From: Candidatus Yanofskybacteria bacterium
GTDB taxonomy: Bacteria; Patescibacteriota; Minisyncoccia; 2-02-FULL-40-12; GWA2-44-9
Direction of reading: 5' to 3'
DNA: 64,000 nucleotides
Assembly: GCA_016185505.1 (NCBI GenBank)
Contig: JACPNL010000019.1
Span: 2,885-66,884 of the forward strand
The notes under the pieces were generated by a model. That model saw nothing but the letters and a program-made list of their open reading frames with translations. It ran no database searches and had not been told where the DNA came from. This document shows positions 26,622-36,138 of this stretch, piece by piece (position 1 is the stretch's first letter; each line of letters begins with the position of its first letter). The translations under genes and the position numbers were made by a program.

Positions 26622-28541
26622 TTATACCTCTATAACTACCGGTAGTACCATCGGCCTTCTTTGGGTTTTTTGGAACAGGAAGAGGCCTATCTGGTTGCGG
26701 ATCTGGTCTTTCAGATAGGCAAAATCATGCTTGTGGCCCGGCGGTTTATGGTCTTCGATGATGCGTCTTATTCTTTTCCTTATTTCCATTAGCAGTTCCC
26801 GATTCTCTTTCAGATAAATAAATCCACGCGATATGATGTCGGGGCTGGTTTTGACTTTACCCGTGCTTGAATCAATGAGTGTGACTATGGTGACAAACCC
26901 GTCCTCGGACAATATTTGCCTGTCGCGCAAGACGACATTGCCTATATCACCGACTCCGAGACCGTCAACGAACACGTAATCAAACGGTGCTCGTTCTTTG
27001 TCAAACCAGAATTTATCTTTTTCCAAATTTACTATAGTGCCGTTATCGGCGATTATCACATTTTCTTTCGGTATGCCTTCTTCGTTGCCGAGAAAACCGT
27101 GATTGACCATCATTGAGTATTGGCCGTGGATGGGCATTAAGAATTTGGGCCTTATCAATTTTAACATCGTACGCAGGTCTTCTTTGTTCCCGTGTCCGCC
27201 GGCGTGAATATCCATCATTCGGTAATTATATACTCTGACGCCGTTGCGATAGAGCTGGTCTTTAAGGAATTGGACGTTCCTCTCATTGCCCGGTATGACC
27301 GACGAGGAGAAAACGAAAGTGTCATGTTTGCGGGGAAGAATGTATCTGTGCTCGCCGTTAGCGATACGCATAAGTACGGCGTTGCCCTCGCCTTGAGCGC
27401 CGGTGCAGATGACGGTCACTTTTTCTCTCGGATAGTTATCAATCTCGTCCATGCTTATCTGGGTACCCTTTTGCATTTTGAGGTAGCCAAGTTTTTTGGT
27501 TATTTCAACGTTACTTTTCATTGAATAACCGTCGACGACGACTTTTCGGCCAAATTTTTCAGATATCGTGATTGTCTGCTGGATGCGGTTTATCAGAGAA
27601 GCAAATGTGCCGATAATGAGCATTCCGGTTGCTTCAGTGAATATTTGTTCCAGATTTTTGGTTATGTCCTGTTCGGACAAAGAATGGCCCTCATTCTCCG
27701 CGCCGGTAGAATCAGACATCATCAGAAGAACTTCTTTATTGTCGCCCATTCTTTGCATTTCTTCTATCTGGGCCGGTTTGTCATTCACGGGTGTCTCGTC
27801 AAACTTAAAGTCGGATGTGTGAACTATCTTGCCAAGAGGCGTGGTTATGACTATCTGAAGGTCATCAGGGATACTGTGGCTGACGCGCAGAACTTTGACC
27901 GAGAGCTTGTCGCTTATTTTTATCTCGTCCCCGGCTTCTATTTGGATTATGTTAACTGGTTTCCTGCCCTTGTACTCTTCAAGGCGCTTTATGATGAGGG
28001 CTCTTGTCAGGGCGGCGGCGTAGAAGTCGGGGTCGCCGATCTTGTCAAGGACGAAGGGGAGAGCGCCAGTGTGATCCATGTGGCCGTGGGTAAAGAACAT
28101 CGCTTTGATCATATGTTCTTTGCCTCGTAGATATCCGACATTTGGCAAGATAAAATCAATGCCCGGCATTTGCTCGTTTGGGAAACTTATGCCGGCATCT
28201 ATGAGAATTATCTCGTTGTCATATTGGATGGCCGACATATTCCGGCCGACTTCGCCAAGTCCGCCGAGGTGGACTATCTTAAGACCGCCGACCTTTTCTT
28301 TTTCGGCTTCTTCTCCGCCATAAGCGGACCCGCCTCCGACGGGACCTCTTCCTAAGACCTTAACTCTGCGCACAGTGGGTTTCATCCATCGGCGCTTTGC
28401 GTCTCTTTCTTGCCTGCGGGAGCCGTCTCCCGGTTTTCTATAATTTCGACCATGAGTTCCAGAAGCTGTGCCTCTGGAAGGGGTTTCTTTGGCAGAAGCA
28501 AGGATTGCTTCGCCTTGAGAAGTATTATTGTTTTGTTCCAT
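26622..28541 (-). CDS. rnj: Ribonuclease J (beta-CASP metallo-beta-lactamase) with a basic N-terminal extension
   Basis: FTHGHMDHTGALP zinc motif plus beta-CASP / RNase J C-terminal domains. The first ~90 residues are Arg/Lys/Gly-rich. Confidence 0.9.
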   Translation of the reverse strand: MEQNNNTSQGEAILASAKETPSRGTASGTHGRNYRKPGDGSRRQERDAKRRWMKPTVRRVKVLGRGPVGGGSAYGGEEAEKEKVGGLKIVHLGGLGEVGRNMSAIQYDNEIILIDAGISFPNEQMPGIDFILPNVGYLRGKEHMIKAMFFTHGHMDHTGALPFVLDKIGDPDFYAAALTRALIIKRLEEYKGRKPVNIIQIEAGDEIKISDKLSVKVLRVSHSIPDDLQIVITTPLGKIVHTSDFKFDETPVNDKPAQIEEMQRMGDNKEVLLMMSDSTGAENEGHSLSEQDITKNLEQIFTEATGMLIIGTFASLINRIQQTITISEKFGRKVVVDGYSMKSNVEITKKLGYLKMQKGTQISMDEIDNYPREKVTVICTGAQGEGNAVLMRIANGEHRYILPRKHDTFVFSSSVIPGNERNVQFLKDQLYRNGVRVYNYRMMDIHAGGHGNKEDLRTMLKLIRPKFLMPIHGQYSMMVNHGFLGNEEGIPKENVIIADNGTIVNLEKDKFWFDKERAPFDYVFVDGLGVGDIGNVVLRDRQILSEDGFVTIVTLIDSSTGKVKTSPDIISRGFIYLKENRELLMEIRKRIRRIIEDHKPPGHKHDFAYLKDQIRNQIGLFLFQKTQRRPMVLPVVIEV

Positions 28542-28552
28542 TTTCTATCTAC

Positions 28553-28605
28553 TAATTACGAATGCAAGTACGAATATACGAATTGTAAATTCGATAACTT
28601 TGTAT
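28553..28605. repeat. TACGAAT-family repeat immediately upstream of the rnj start
   Basis: ATTACGAATGCAAGTACGAATATACGAATTGTAAATTCGATAAC. Confidence 0.5.
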
Positions 28606-28623
28606 TTAGAGATTTATTTTGAC

Positions 28624-28710
28624 TGGTGCCCAGGGGGAGATTTGAACTCCCACGGGATTGCTCCCATACGGCCCTGAACCGTACATGTATACCAGTTCCA
28701 TCACCTGGGC
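28624..28710 (-). tRNA. tRNA-Leu (anticodon CAG)
   Basis: The reverse complement GCCCAGGTGATGGAACTGGTATACATGTACGGTTCAGGGCCGTATGGGAGCAATCCCGTGGGAGTTCAAATCTCCCCCTGGGCACCA folds as a type II tRNA: 7-bp acceptor, TTCAGGG anticodon loop, long variable arm, CCA encoded. Confidence 0.85.
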
Positions 28711-28833
28711 TTGATGAGTTAATGTCGTTGTGTTAAGTTGTTGCTAAATTGGAAACTTGAAATTTAGGAGGAGAAATGATCGTAATTGTTATCTGTATAC
28801 TTATTATACTTATACTTTTTAGCGAAGATACAA

Positions 28834-29814
28834 TTAACCCTTCTTAAGCTCTTTATATCTCTCAATAAGTTCAATTTTTTCGGGGTCAACCCCGATTTTT
28901 TGCGCCAGATAAAAACTCGTCCAAAGGCCTAAAATGTAGTTATTTAGGACTATTTCGAGAGGTAGAGGGTCAGGTACTTTACTTGAGAGTACCTGACCCT
29001 CTCTTAGGTTAACGATACTATAATTATACTCCTGTTTGTCTAAAATTGCAATAGCAGCATCCAGATCGCGGATATAGCGGGGCAAGTCCCTTTCGTCTTT
29101 AAAAATTATGGGATAAAACGGCAGGTCTTTACGAATATACATAGCGAGCTCATCATGGGCTAAAATAGGCAGATAGTTCCAATAAGCCGGCGTCTTGGCC
29201 GTCTCGTTAAAATTTGATTTCCATAACGCGCCCAATTTGCGCCACGAATAAGATGTATAAATCAAAGGCGTCGCGGAGCCGATCTTATCAGCTAGTTCTT
29301 TTCCTGTATTTTCATGGTGTTGGGGATCAAGGGCAATGTCTAATTCTTTTTCCAATCCAAGTACGGTGAACAGCGCGCCGACCATATATCCAACGCTCAA
29401 GCGAGGGGCTGTTGACTGGTCGGGGAGAACGACTAGTGGAGTATTATTATCTTTGGCTAATTGGCCGAGTTCTCCTCCTTTGGTTATAGCAACTGGTTTA
29501 ATACCGCGTTTCACTGCGGTTTTGAACGCGGAAATTGTTTCTTCGGTTGTTCCCGACCATGAAATGCATATGACCAAGTCATCGGCGTCAACATCCGAAG
29601 ACAGATCATAGTTGTTATTGATAATAATAGGAACACCCGGACCCTTGTTCTTGTGTTCTTTGTAGGTCAATAGCATCAGGCCTGGCATGATGGAGCCGCC
29701 CATACCGCATATGACGACTTTCTCGTAGGTTTTGTCTATCTTAATATCTCGGGCAATTTCCGCGCCCTTGGATAGTTGTGATGGGAAGGTTAGGATTTGT
29801 TCACGCATAACCAA
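28834..29814 (-). CDS. SIS-domain bifunctional phosphoglucose/phosphomannose isomerase-like protein
   Basis: SIS motif VVICGMGGSIMPG and archaeal-type PGI/PMI architecture; 326 aa. Confidence 0.7.
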   Translation of the reverse strand: MVMREQILTFPSQLSKGAEIARDIKIDKTYEKVVICGMGGSIMPGLMLLTYKEHKNKGPGVPIIINNNYDLSSDVDADDLVICISWSGTTEETISAFKTAVKRGIKPVAITKGGELGQLAKDNNTPLVVLPDQSTAPRLSVGYMVGALFTVLGLEKELDIALDPQHHENTGKELADKIGSATPLIYTSYSWRKLGALWKSNFNETAKTPAYWNYLPILAHDELAMYIRKDLPFYPIIFKDERDLPRYIRDLDAAIAILDKQEYNYSIVNLREGQVLSSKVPDPLPLEIVLNNYILGLWTSFYLAQKIGVDPEKIELIERYKELKKG

Positions 29815-29816
29815 AA

Positions 29817-29957
29817 AATTATTCTAATTATTCTAATTGCTCTAATTATTCTAAATAATACCCAATATCTAATTTCTGAATGTCTAAAAAATATTTAGTC
29901 ATTTAGTCATTAGGATTTATTTAGGTCAATTAGGTTAATTAGAATAATTAGGTTAAT
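29817..29957. repeat. Dispersed palindromic intergenic element (TAATTATTCTAATT family), copy 2
   Basis: ATTCTAATTATTCTAATTGCTCTAATTATTCTAAATAATACCCAATATCTAA...GTCATTAGGATTTATTTAGGTCAATTAGGTTAATTAGAATAATTAGG. Confidence 0.6.
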
Positions 29958-31769
29958 TTATCTCCACACTCTTTTCGTGTCTATATACCACCCCTCAATA
30001 TTTATGAATCTGTCCGAAGGCAACGATATTAATTTGCCATTTGAGCTTTTTATTTTTTTGGCTTGGCCGTGAATGTAAAGCGGATTATATAGAAATACCG
30101 CCGGAATGTCTTCTATGGCTAATTTTTGGAAGTCGTCGTATTTCTTGGCCCGCTCAAGAGGGTTAAGCGTCTGTCGAGCGTCCTCAAGGAGAGTGTCGGC
30201 GGCTTTATTATCGTAAAGGGCGAGGTTCAGGCCGGGGTCTCTTTTTTGCGAGGAATGCCACAAGCTGAAAGGGTCAGGGTCTATGTTGAGCACCGTTCCG
30301 AAAAGCAATGCTTCGTAGTTCCTGTCCTTTATCGTTTGCTGGAGTTCTGGCGTAGGCAGGACTTCAATGTCAACTTGGGCTCCGACGTCTTCCCACTGCT
30401 CTTTTATTATTTTAGCAACTTCCGTCAGTTCAGGCCAGGTTGATGTGGTGATCTTTATGCTCAACCTCTGGTCTTTCTTGGACAAAATACCGTTCTCGTT
30501 TGCTTTCCACCCCGCTGTTTCAAGTATCGTTTTTGCCAGTTCAGGGTCATGTTCATATTTTTTAACGCTATTCGGTATGTCGAGGACTCCTCCCATCATC
30601 GGAGAGTGTACGGCAACGCCCCTTGATCCCAAGACCTTTTCTATCAGGGTGTTTTTGTCGGTGGCGTGACTTAAGGCCAAGCGTACGTTCTTGTCCGATA
30701 GTATGGCGCTCTTGTTCTGATTAAAGAAAACGGCAAAGTAGCGGGGGAGTTGGAGTTCTCTTAGGTTGAGACGCTGTTTGAATTTGGTTCTCTTTAAGTT
30801 ATCTGGTGAGACAAAACTTAGTCCCTCTATCTCATTTCTGTTGTAAGCATCTATCATCTCATCTTCGGAAACATAGAATTTTATCTCTATGTCATTGATG
30901 AACGGCCTGCCCCCGTAGAAGTCCTTATTAGCCAACAGTTGATATGATCGTATCCTGCCATCCTTGTCTTTTTTTAGCCGGTCGAATTTGTAAGGGCCGG
31001 AACCGATTGGCTTTAAGTTGAATTCTGAAAGAGCAAAGTTTATTGGTTTGACATCTTGCCAAATGTGTTTAGGTAGTATCTTCACGGTCAGATTATTGAG
31101 GAACTGGGCGTACCTTGCCTGGAGTTTGAACATCACCGCAAGGTCATTGACCTTTTCGATTTGGACGCCCTGCCAGTTGATTCGCTGAGGGCTTCCGTAA
31201 TCGGAATTCTGGGCCGTCTGGATGGTAAATATTATATCGTCGGCGGTAACCCGCTTGCCGTCATGCCAGCGGGCGTCTTCTTTTAAGTAAACGGTGTAAT
31301 TCAGGCCGTCGCTTGATATCTCATATGACTGCGCCAAATCGGGCACTATCTTGCCTTCGCCATTATACTCAAGAAGTCCGGAGTAGATGAGATATACCAG
31401 GTCTCTGTCGGTGTCGTTGGCTTGGGAAAGGAGGGGATTGATGTGGCGCGGTCCGTTAACCATACCTTCGGTGAACTTGCCGCCGTAATCAGGAGCTTGG
31501 ACGGTAAAGTGGAAATATGTTGTGAAGGGTATGGCAACAATAGAACCCAGTATCACAAGAACCAAGGCCGCGACAATATATCTTTCCTTCCTGGATAGCG
31601 CTTTGGGAATAAGCCGTATTTTGAGCTTGTTCTGGACCTTTTTGGCGAGGGTTTCTCGTATGCCGTGATTTTTGTCTTCCCCGTTCTTTAGACCAAAAAA
31701 ATCATCGAGTTGGTTGTTATCGTTCACGCGAACATAATGCAAAACTACAAATCTGCGCGAATGCCGCAA
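29958..31769 (-). CDS. ABC transporter substrate-binding protein, family 5 (OppA/DppA-like)
   Basis: SBP_bac_5 homology across ~500 aa after an N-terminal TM anchor. Confidence 0.8.
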   Translation of the reverse strand: MRHSRRFVVLHYVRVNDNNQLDDFFGLKNGEDKNHGIRETLAKKVQNKLKIRLIPKALSRKERYIVAALVLVILGSIVAIPFTTYFHFTVQAPDYGGKFTEGMVNGPRHINPLLSQANDTDRDLVYLIYSGLLEYNGEGKIVPDLAQSYEISSDGLNYTVYLKEDARWHDGKRVTADDIIFTIQTAQNSDYGSPQRINWQGVQIEKVNDLAVMFKLQARYAQFLNNLTVKILPKHIWQDVKPINFALSEFNLKPIGSGPYKFDRLKKDKDGRIRSYQLLANKDFYGGRPFINDIEIKFYVSEDEMIDAYNRNEIEGLSFVSPDNLKRTKFKQRLNLRELQLPRYFAVFFNQNKSAILSDKNVRLALSHATDKNTLIEKVLGSRGVAVHSPMMGGVLDIPNSVKKYEHDPELAKTILETAGWKANENGILSKKDQRLSIKITTSTWPELTEVAKIIKEQWEDVGAQVDIEVLPTPELQQTIKDRNYEALLFGTVLNIDPDPFSLWHSSQKRDPGLNLALYDNKAADTLLEDARQTLNPLERAKKYDDFQKLAIEDIPAVFLYNPLYIHGQAKKIKSSNGKLISLPSDRFINIEGWYIDTKRVWR

Positions 31770-31816
31770 ATAAATATTCGTGGTATTCGCATGTCATTTG
31801 CGGATTTGCATTACAC

Positions 31817-32029
31817 TTAAATAATTCTAAGAACCGAAACAGTCAGAAAGAGTATGGCAAGAACTATGGTCGCGTAAAAAAAGAATTTCTCCGCGCCTCT
31901 TTTGGTGCTGTACTCTATGCCGCTTCCTCCGAAAGCAGAGGATAAGCCGCTTCCTTTTTGCTGAACCAAAACAGCCATTGTCAGTAAAACAGCTAAAATT
32001 ATCTGCGCGTATGTTAATAGTTGAGTCAT
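31817..32029 (-). CDS. secG: Preprotein translocase subunit SecG
   Basis: 70 aa, two TM segments, conserved LVQQ(K)GSGLS...FGG. Confidence 0.8.
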   Translation of the reverse strand: MTQLLTYAQIILAVLLTMAVLVQQKGSGLSSAFGGSGIEYSTKRGAEKFFFYATIVLAILFLTVSVLRII

Positions 32030-32042
32030 GGTTATTTTAGTT

Positions 32043-32190
32043 AGTCGGCTTAATTAAAAATGTAAAAATCAAAATGTAAAATGACAGTTTAAAATGTCAA
32101 AATTGTTTTTCATTCTCGGGAACATTTTTTAATTTTGCATTGTAATTTTTCATTTTGATATTTAAATTTTACATTAAAGTTCGTGAGCTA
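32043..32190. repeat. AAAATGTAAAATGACA-family AT-rich repeat element
   Basis: AAAAATGTAAAAATCAAAATGTAAAATGACAGTTTAAAATGTCAAAATTG...TTTTGCATTGTAATTTTTCATTTTGATATTTAAATTTTACATT. Confidence 0.5.
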
Positions 32191-32192
32191 AA

Positions 32193-32543
32193 TTAATCTA
32201 CTATTTTGCTGAAAACGTTTATAACTCCATTTACCACCGCAACCACGACTGTTGCCCACACTAATGCCGTTATGCTCTCTATAATTACAAAATCAAAAGT
32301 ATAGTCAACCAGCCATAGCATCAGAGCGTTTATAACTACAAGAAAAAGCCCTAAGGTCAATATTATCAAGGGCATCGTGAGGAGCTTGATGGGCGGCTTT
32401 ACTATTTTGTTTAACAAACCCAGTAAAATACCCGCCAACAGGAATTCTTTAATACTGCCATTTATAACAAATCCGGGCACAAAATAAATAGCCGCGTAAA
32501 TTGCCACAGAATTGCCTAAAATACGTACAAGAAATCCTATCAT
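32193..32543 (-). CDS. Small integral membrane protein (YvlD / Phage_holin_4_2-like)
   Basis: 116 aa with 4 predicted TM helices and a typical YvlD-like hydrophobic pattern. Confidence 0.5.
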   Translation of the reverse strand: MIGFLVRILGNSVAIYAAIYFVPGFVINGSIKEFLLAGILLGLLNKIVKPPIKLLTMPLIILTLGLFLVVINALMLWLVDYTFDFVIIESITALVWATVVVAVVNGVINVFSKIVD

Positions 32544-32553
32544 AAGCTTGCCT

Positions 32554-33981
32554 TTATGATAGCGCTTTTTGGTGACGGTGTCTATAATAAGCTATTGCGA
32601 ACCGATGAGCTTCGGCATCAATATGGAGGATTAAATTGCGGACATCGGCCGGGAGTTTTGACAAAGAGATCGAATTTTTATTGCCGGCTACATAAATTTT
32701 ACTACCTCGGTGTCTCTCGTCCTTGGTTAAGGCAATGATCCCAAGATATTGGTTAATTGTTAATTGTAAGTTGTCAATTATTGAACGCGCCGCGTTCAAC
32801 TGCGCTTTTCCGCCATCTATTAATATCAAGTCAGGCAATGGCCACTCCGGATGGCTAAATCGGCGAGAGAGTATTTCTTTAAGCATACCAGTATCTCCTC
32901 CTACTGCGCTACCCGCTACTGCGCTACTGCGCTGTTTGATTTTGAATTTCCTGTACCCGCTCTTACTTGGTTTTCTGTTTACAAATACCGCCATTGCTCC
33001 AACGGCGTATTTGCCTTGAATATTAGCCACATCATAACCCTCAATGCGGTGCGGTACGTTTGACAGCTTAAATACCCTCCTTATTTGTTTCAAAGTATCC
33101 TTGTATTGATATTTTGATATATCAATAGATTTTATAATTTGAGCATTTTCAAAGACGTGCTTTATTTTTTCTATTTTGTTGCGTAATTCGATCGCTTCTT
33201 CGAACTCTTCTTTCCGGCCTAAAGCAATCATTTCTTTTTCCAGTTTTTTAAGCAGAGATGTCTTCTTGCCATTTAGGATATCTTTTATTGCCTTTACGTT
33301 TTTCTGGTAACGATTCTTTAATTCTACGAAATTATCATATGATAATTTCGTAGAACGATTTAATATATTCGTGGTTTTCAAGCAACAAATGCCGGGGCAC
33401 TTGCCTATATGATAGTTCAAGCAGAAGTTATTGTGGGGTTTCTTGCAAGTGCAGTAGGGGAATATTCTTCGCAGGTAGAGCAGAGTCGTCTTTAGTGCTC
33501 CAATATCTGTAAATGGTCCGATAAATTCGGCTTTAAAATTTTTACATTTTGAATTGTCATTTTGCATTTTGATTTTTGCATTTTGATTTTTTGTTGGCTG
33601 ATGTGTGATAAATATTTTGGGGTATGTTTCTTTTGTAAAGCCGACAAAGCCGAACTGCTTGTCGTCGCGGAGCATTATATTGAACGCTGGCTTGTATCTT
33701 TTTATGTACTGCGATTCCAATATCAGGGCCTCAATTTCGGAGTCGGTTTCAATGGTCTTAATTCTTTTTGCCAGGGAAACCATTTTCTGGAGCCGTGTAT
33801 CCGCGGTTTTTACATATTGCTTGATTCGATTTTTCAGATTTGACGCTTTGCCGATGTACAAATTCAGACCCGAAATATTTTTGAATAAATACACGCCGGG
33901 CTTAGCGGGTATTTTCCGCATTAATTTTATAAGATGGCTGCTTGTCATGATTAGGGCAATATTATAATATGTTTTTAGCAA
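32554..33981 (-). CDS. uvrC: UvrC-like excinuclease (shortened) carrying two in-frame repeat insertions
   Basis: GIY-YIG N-terminal (PGVYLFKNISGLNLYIGKASNLKNRI), Cys-rich CTCKKPHNNFCLNYHIGKCPGIC, and endonuclease-domain LILIDGGKAQLNAA. At 475 aa it lacks the usual C-terminal HhH region. In-frame repeats lie at 33541-33600 (AAAATG family) and ~32890-32940 (GCTACTGCG tandem). Confidence 0.8.
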   Translation of the reverse strand: MLKTYYNIALIMTSSHLIKLMRKIPAKPGVYLFKNISGLNLYIGKASNLKNRIKQYVKTADTRLQKMVSLAKRIKTIETDSEIEALILESQYIKRYKPAFNIMLRDDKQFGFVGFTKETYPKIFITHQPTKNQNAKIKMQNDNSKCKNFKAEFIGPFTDIGALKTTLLYLRRIFPYCTCKKPHNNFCLNYHIGKCPGICCLKTTNILNRSTKLSYDNFVELKNRYQKNVKAIKDILNGKKTSLLKKLEKEMIALGRKEEFEEAIELRNKIEKIKHVFENAQIIKSIDISKYQYKDTLKQIRRVFKLSNVPHRIEGYDVANIQGKYAVGAMAVFVNRKPSKSGYRKFKIKQRSSAVAGSAVGGDTGMLKEILSRRFSHPEWPLPDLILIDGGKAQLNAARSIIDNLQLTINQYLGIIALTKDERHRGSKIYVAGNKNSISLSKLPADVRNLILHIDAEAHRFAIAYYRHRHQKALS

Positions 33982-33999
33982 TTTGAAAAGGTCCTATCA

Positions 34000-34959
34000 A
34001 TGAGAAGAATTTGGCTTCTTTGTCTTACGCTTAGTGTCTCGAGCTCTTTGTTTTGGGGTTGCGAACCGCCGACAGAATTAAACCGGAATATATATCGAGA
34101 CGAGAATTTTTTCCCGCTTCCGGGTGATTTAAAAAATACAAGCGCATTTCTTGTTTTGGAGTGGAATGGCAGAAAGCCGTGGATAATGGCTTCGGGCAAT
34201 TTAATTGATAAGAAAGAAGGACTCATACGCACGGCTAAGCATTTCACTGATGATTTCGGTAAACTCGGTTTGGATTATTGCAGGGTCTTTTTAATGAACG
34301 GCAAGATATATAAAGCTACCCTTACCAAAGTTACGCCCATTCGCGACGCCGCAATTATAAAATTAATTCCGCCATTCTCGCCCGATGATTTTACTGACCC
34401 CTTATTGTCTGCTTCCGAAATGCCTAAATTCGGAGACACGGTCTATGTCCAAGGACTTCATCCCCATGCTTATGATATAAGGCGGGCAAATAAAGAAGAA
34501 GGTTTTTCGGATCAAGTGGTTAATATCTTTGAGACCTATTACGGACAACTGTTTAAAGATACAAGCCAAGAGTTGCAGGTTGTGTTTGATAACCTTGAGG
34601 GCAAAAGAGTAAAACCCGATCCGGACTCAATTCGTAATAATCCTTGGCTTAGCGTCGAAGACAAAAAAGCTCTGCTGGAGTTTGAAAACGACAGATACAT
34701 CAAAGTGTTAACGGCGCGAGACCATAAGTCTCCCTTTAGCGGATTGAGCGGCGGAGTCGCGCTAAACGGGAAAGGCGAGGCCTTCGGTGTCATAACTGCT
34801 CAAAACCCGATGAGGTTTGAAATTGACGATCAGGGGTTATTTTTTATCCCCGGGATCGGCCCGGCCAAGATGGGGGAAGTCAAGAAACAGTTTTGGGATA
34901 CAATATACATTACACCGTTAGATTCAATTAAGGACTTGGATAAATATCCTCAAAATTAG
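34000..34959 (+). CDS. Secreted/lipoprotein trypsin-like (S1) serine protease
   Basis: Signal peptide with a lipobox-like LFWGC. Catalytic-triad contexts TAKHF, RDAAIIKL and GLSGGVALN (cf. TAAHC / DIALLKL / GDSGGP). Confidence 0.55.
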   Translation: MRRIWLLCLTLSVSSSLFWGCEPPTELNRNIYRDENFFPLPGDLKNTSAFLVLEWNGRKPWIMASGNLIDKKEGLIRTAKHFTDDFGKLGLDYCRVFLMNGKIYKATLTKVTPIRDAAIIKLIPPFSPDDFTDPLLSASEMPKFGDTVYVQGLHPHAYDIRRANKEEGFSDQVVNIFETYYGQLFKDTSQELQVVFDNLEGKRVKPDPDSIRNNPWLSVEDKKALLEFENDRYIKVLTARDHKSPFSGLSGGVALNGKGEAFGVITAQNPMRFEIDDQGLFFIPGIGPAKMGEVKKQFWDTIYITPLDSIKDLDKYPQN

Positions 34960-35025
34960 GGATTGACACTCAATCTCTTTTTCATTACTCTTACTCCTAA
35001 AGTTCATTGAAAATTTGAGGTAAAA

Positions 35026-36138
35026 ATGCCGCTTACAGATCCGAATGAAGGAAGAAGATTACTAAGAAAATGGGAAGAACAACCGAACAAGGTCGTATTT
35101 GGAATTCCACGCGCAATTTTTAATTGTGTGTTGGCCATGATTACGCCAGTTGCCCGTGACGGCGATTTTGGCAAGGAGTATGCTCAAGCCCACGTGTATT
35201 TGCTTGATCTGATGGGCCGGGGGAAAACGGCTGTTCTCAAATATCTCTCCGTTGGAGTAAAAGCAAAACTTGGACGAGTTGACGGCCGGCCGGACATGAT
35301 GCCGTCGGACTTAACAGGATATGAATATGTTGACAGATTCACCGGCGCCAGGACCTTGTTAAAGGGACCCCTTCATAGCAACATTCTTTTCTGTGACGAG
35401 TTGAACAGAACCCCTCCAAAGGGTCAAGCAGTTATGTTGGGCTCTATGGAAGGCAGTTATGTGATTATGTATATAATCGATCCCAAAACAGGCAGGTTAG
35501 AAGCCAAATCGTTTCCTCTTTATCCCATATCGGATGATCCCAACGAAACAAGAACGTATTTTATAACCCTTGCTACGGGTAATCCGATTGAATTTGAGGG
35601 TACCTATCCGCTCTCGGAAGCGCAAAAGGAAAGATTTACTTATTCTTTCAGAATGGGGCTTCCTGATCCGGAAAGTGAGATGAAGATACGTCCCTGGAAC
35701 GTCATGAATGAAAAAATCGAAACAGTTATGGACTTGGCCACCCTTTTGGATATTCAGGGGATGGTTAAACAAATTCGGTTCGCTAGAGAAACCGATGAGT
35801 CCGTGAAGCGTCTCATATTGAATTCTAGGCCCCAGTCTCAGGACATGAAAGAATGGGGCGAAATAATACCTCGCCACGCAACACCCGATCTGGTGAAGTG
35901 TGTTAACAGGTATGTTGCTTCCGGCTGCTCTCCTAGGAGAAATTATCACATGGTTGGGGCGACGCAGGCGTGGGCTTTTATACGAGGCGAAGACAAAATA
36001 GCGACAGTTGATGACGTTAAAGCAATTGCGCCCATAACAATGGAGCATGTTATTTTGCTTCAGCCGTGGGCTGAAGGAGATGGCGTTTCGGCGCAAGCGA
36101 TTGTTCAAAAAATAATCGATGAAACGGAAATGCCATGA
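35026..36138 (+). CDS. MoxR-family AAA+ ATPase
   Basis: LLDLMGRGKTAVLKYLS...GRVDGRPDMMPSDLTGYEY...ILFCDELNRTPPKGQAVMLGSMEG matches MoxR Walker A and B and sensor spacing. The Walker A reads GRGKT rather than GVGKT. Confidence 0.75.
   Translation: MPLTDPNEGRRLLRKWEEQPNKVVFGIPRAIFNCVLAMITPVARDGDFGKEYAQAHVYLLDLMGRGKTAVLKYLSVGVKAKLGRVDGRPDMMPSDLTGYEYVDRFTGARTLLKGPLHSNILFCDELNRTPPKGQAVMLGSMEGSYVIMYIIDPKTGRLEAKSFPLYPISDDPNETRTYFITLATGNPIEFEGTYPLSEAQKERFTYSFRMGLPDPESEMKIRPWNVMNEKIETVMDLATLLDIQGMVKQIRFARETDESVKRLILNSRPQSQDMKEWGEIIPRHATPDLVKCVNRYVASGCSPRRNYHMVGATQAWAFIRGEDKIATVDDVKAIAPITMEHVILLQPWAEGDGVSAQAIVQKIIDETEMP

Noticed and set aside
26916-28622. Plus-strand ORFs 27192-27524, 27645-28130, 28078-28323 and others antisense to rnj
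   Set aside because: Antisense shadow ORFs within the well-supported RNase J gene.
35497-36108. 203-aa minus-strand ORF opposite moxR
   Set aside because: Antisense to a conserved MoxR ATPase gene; no motif and Arg/Pro-rich composition.
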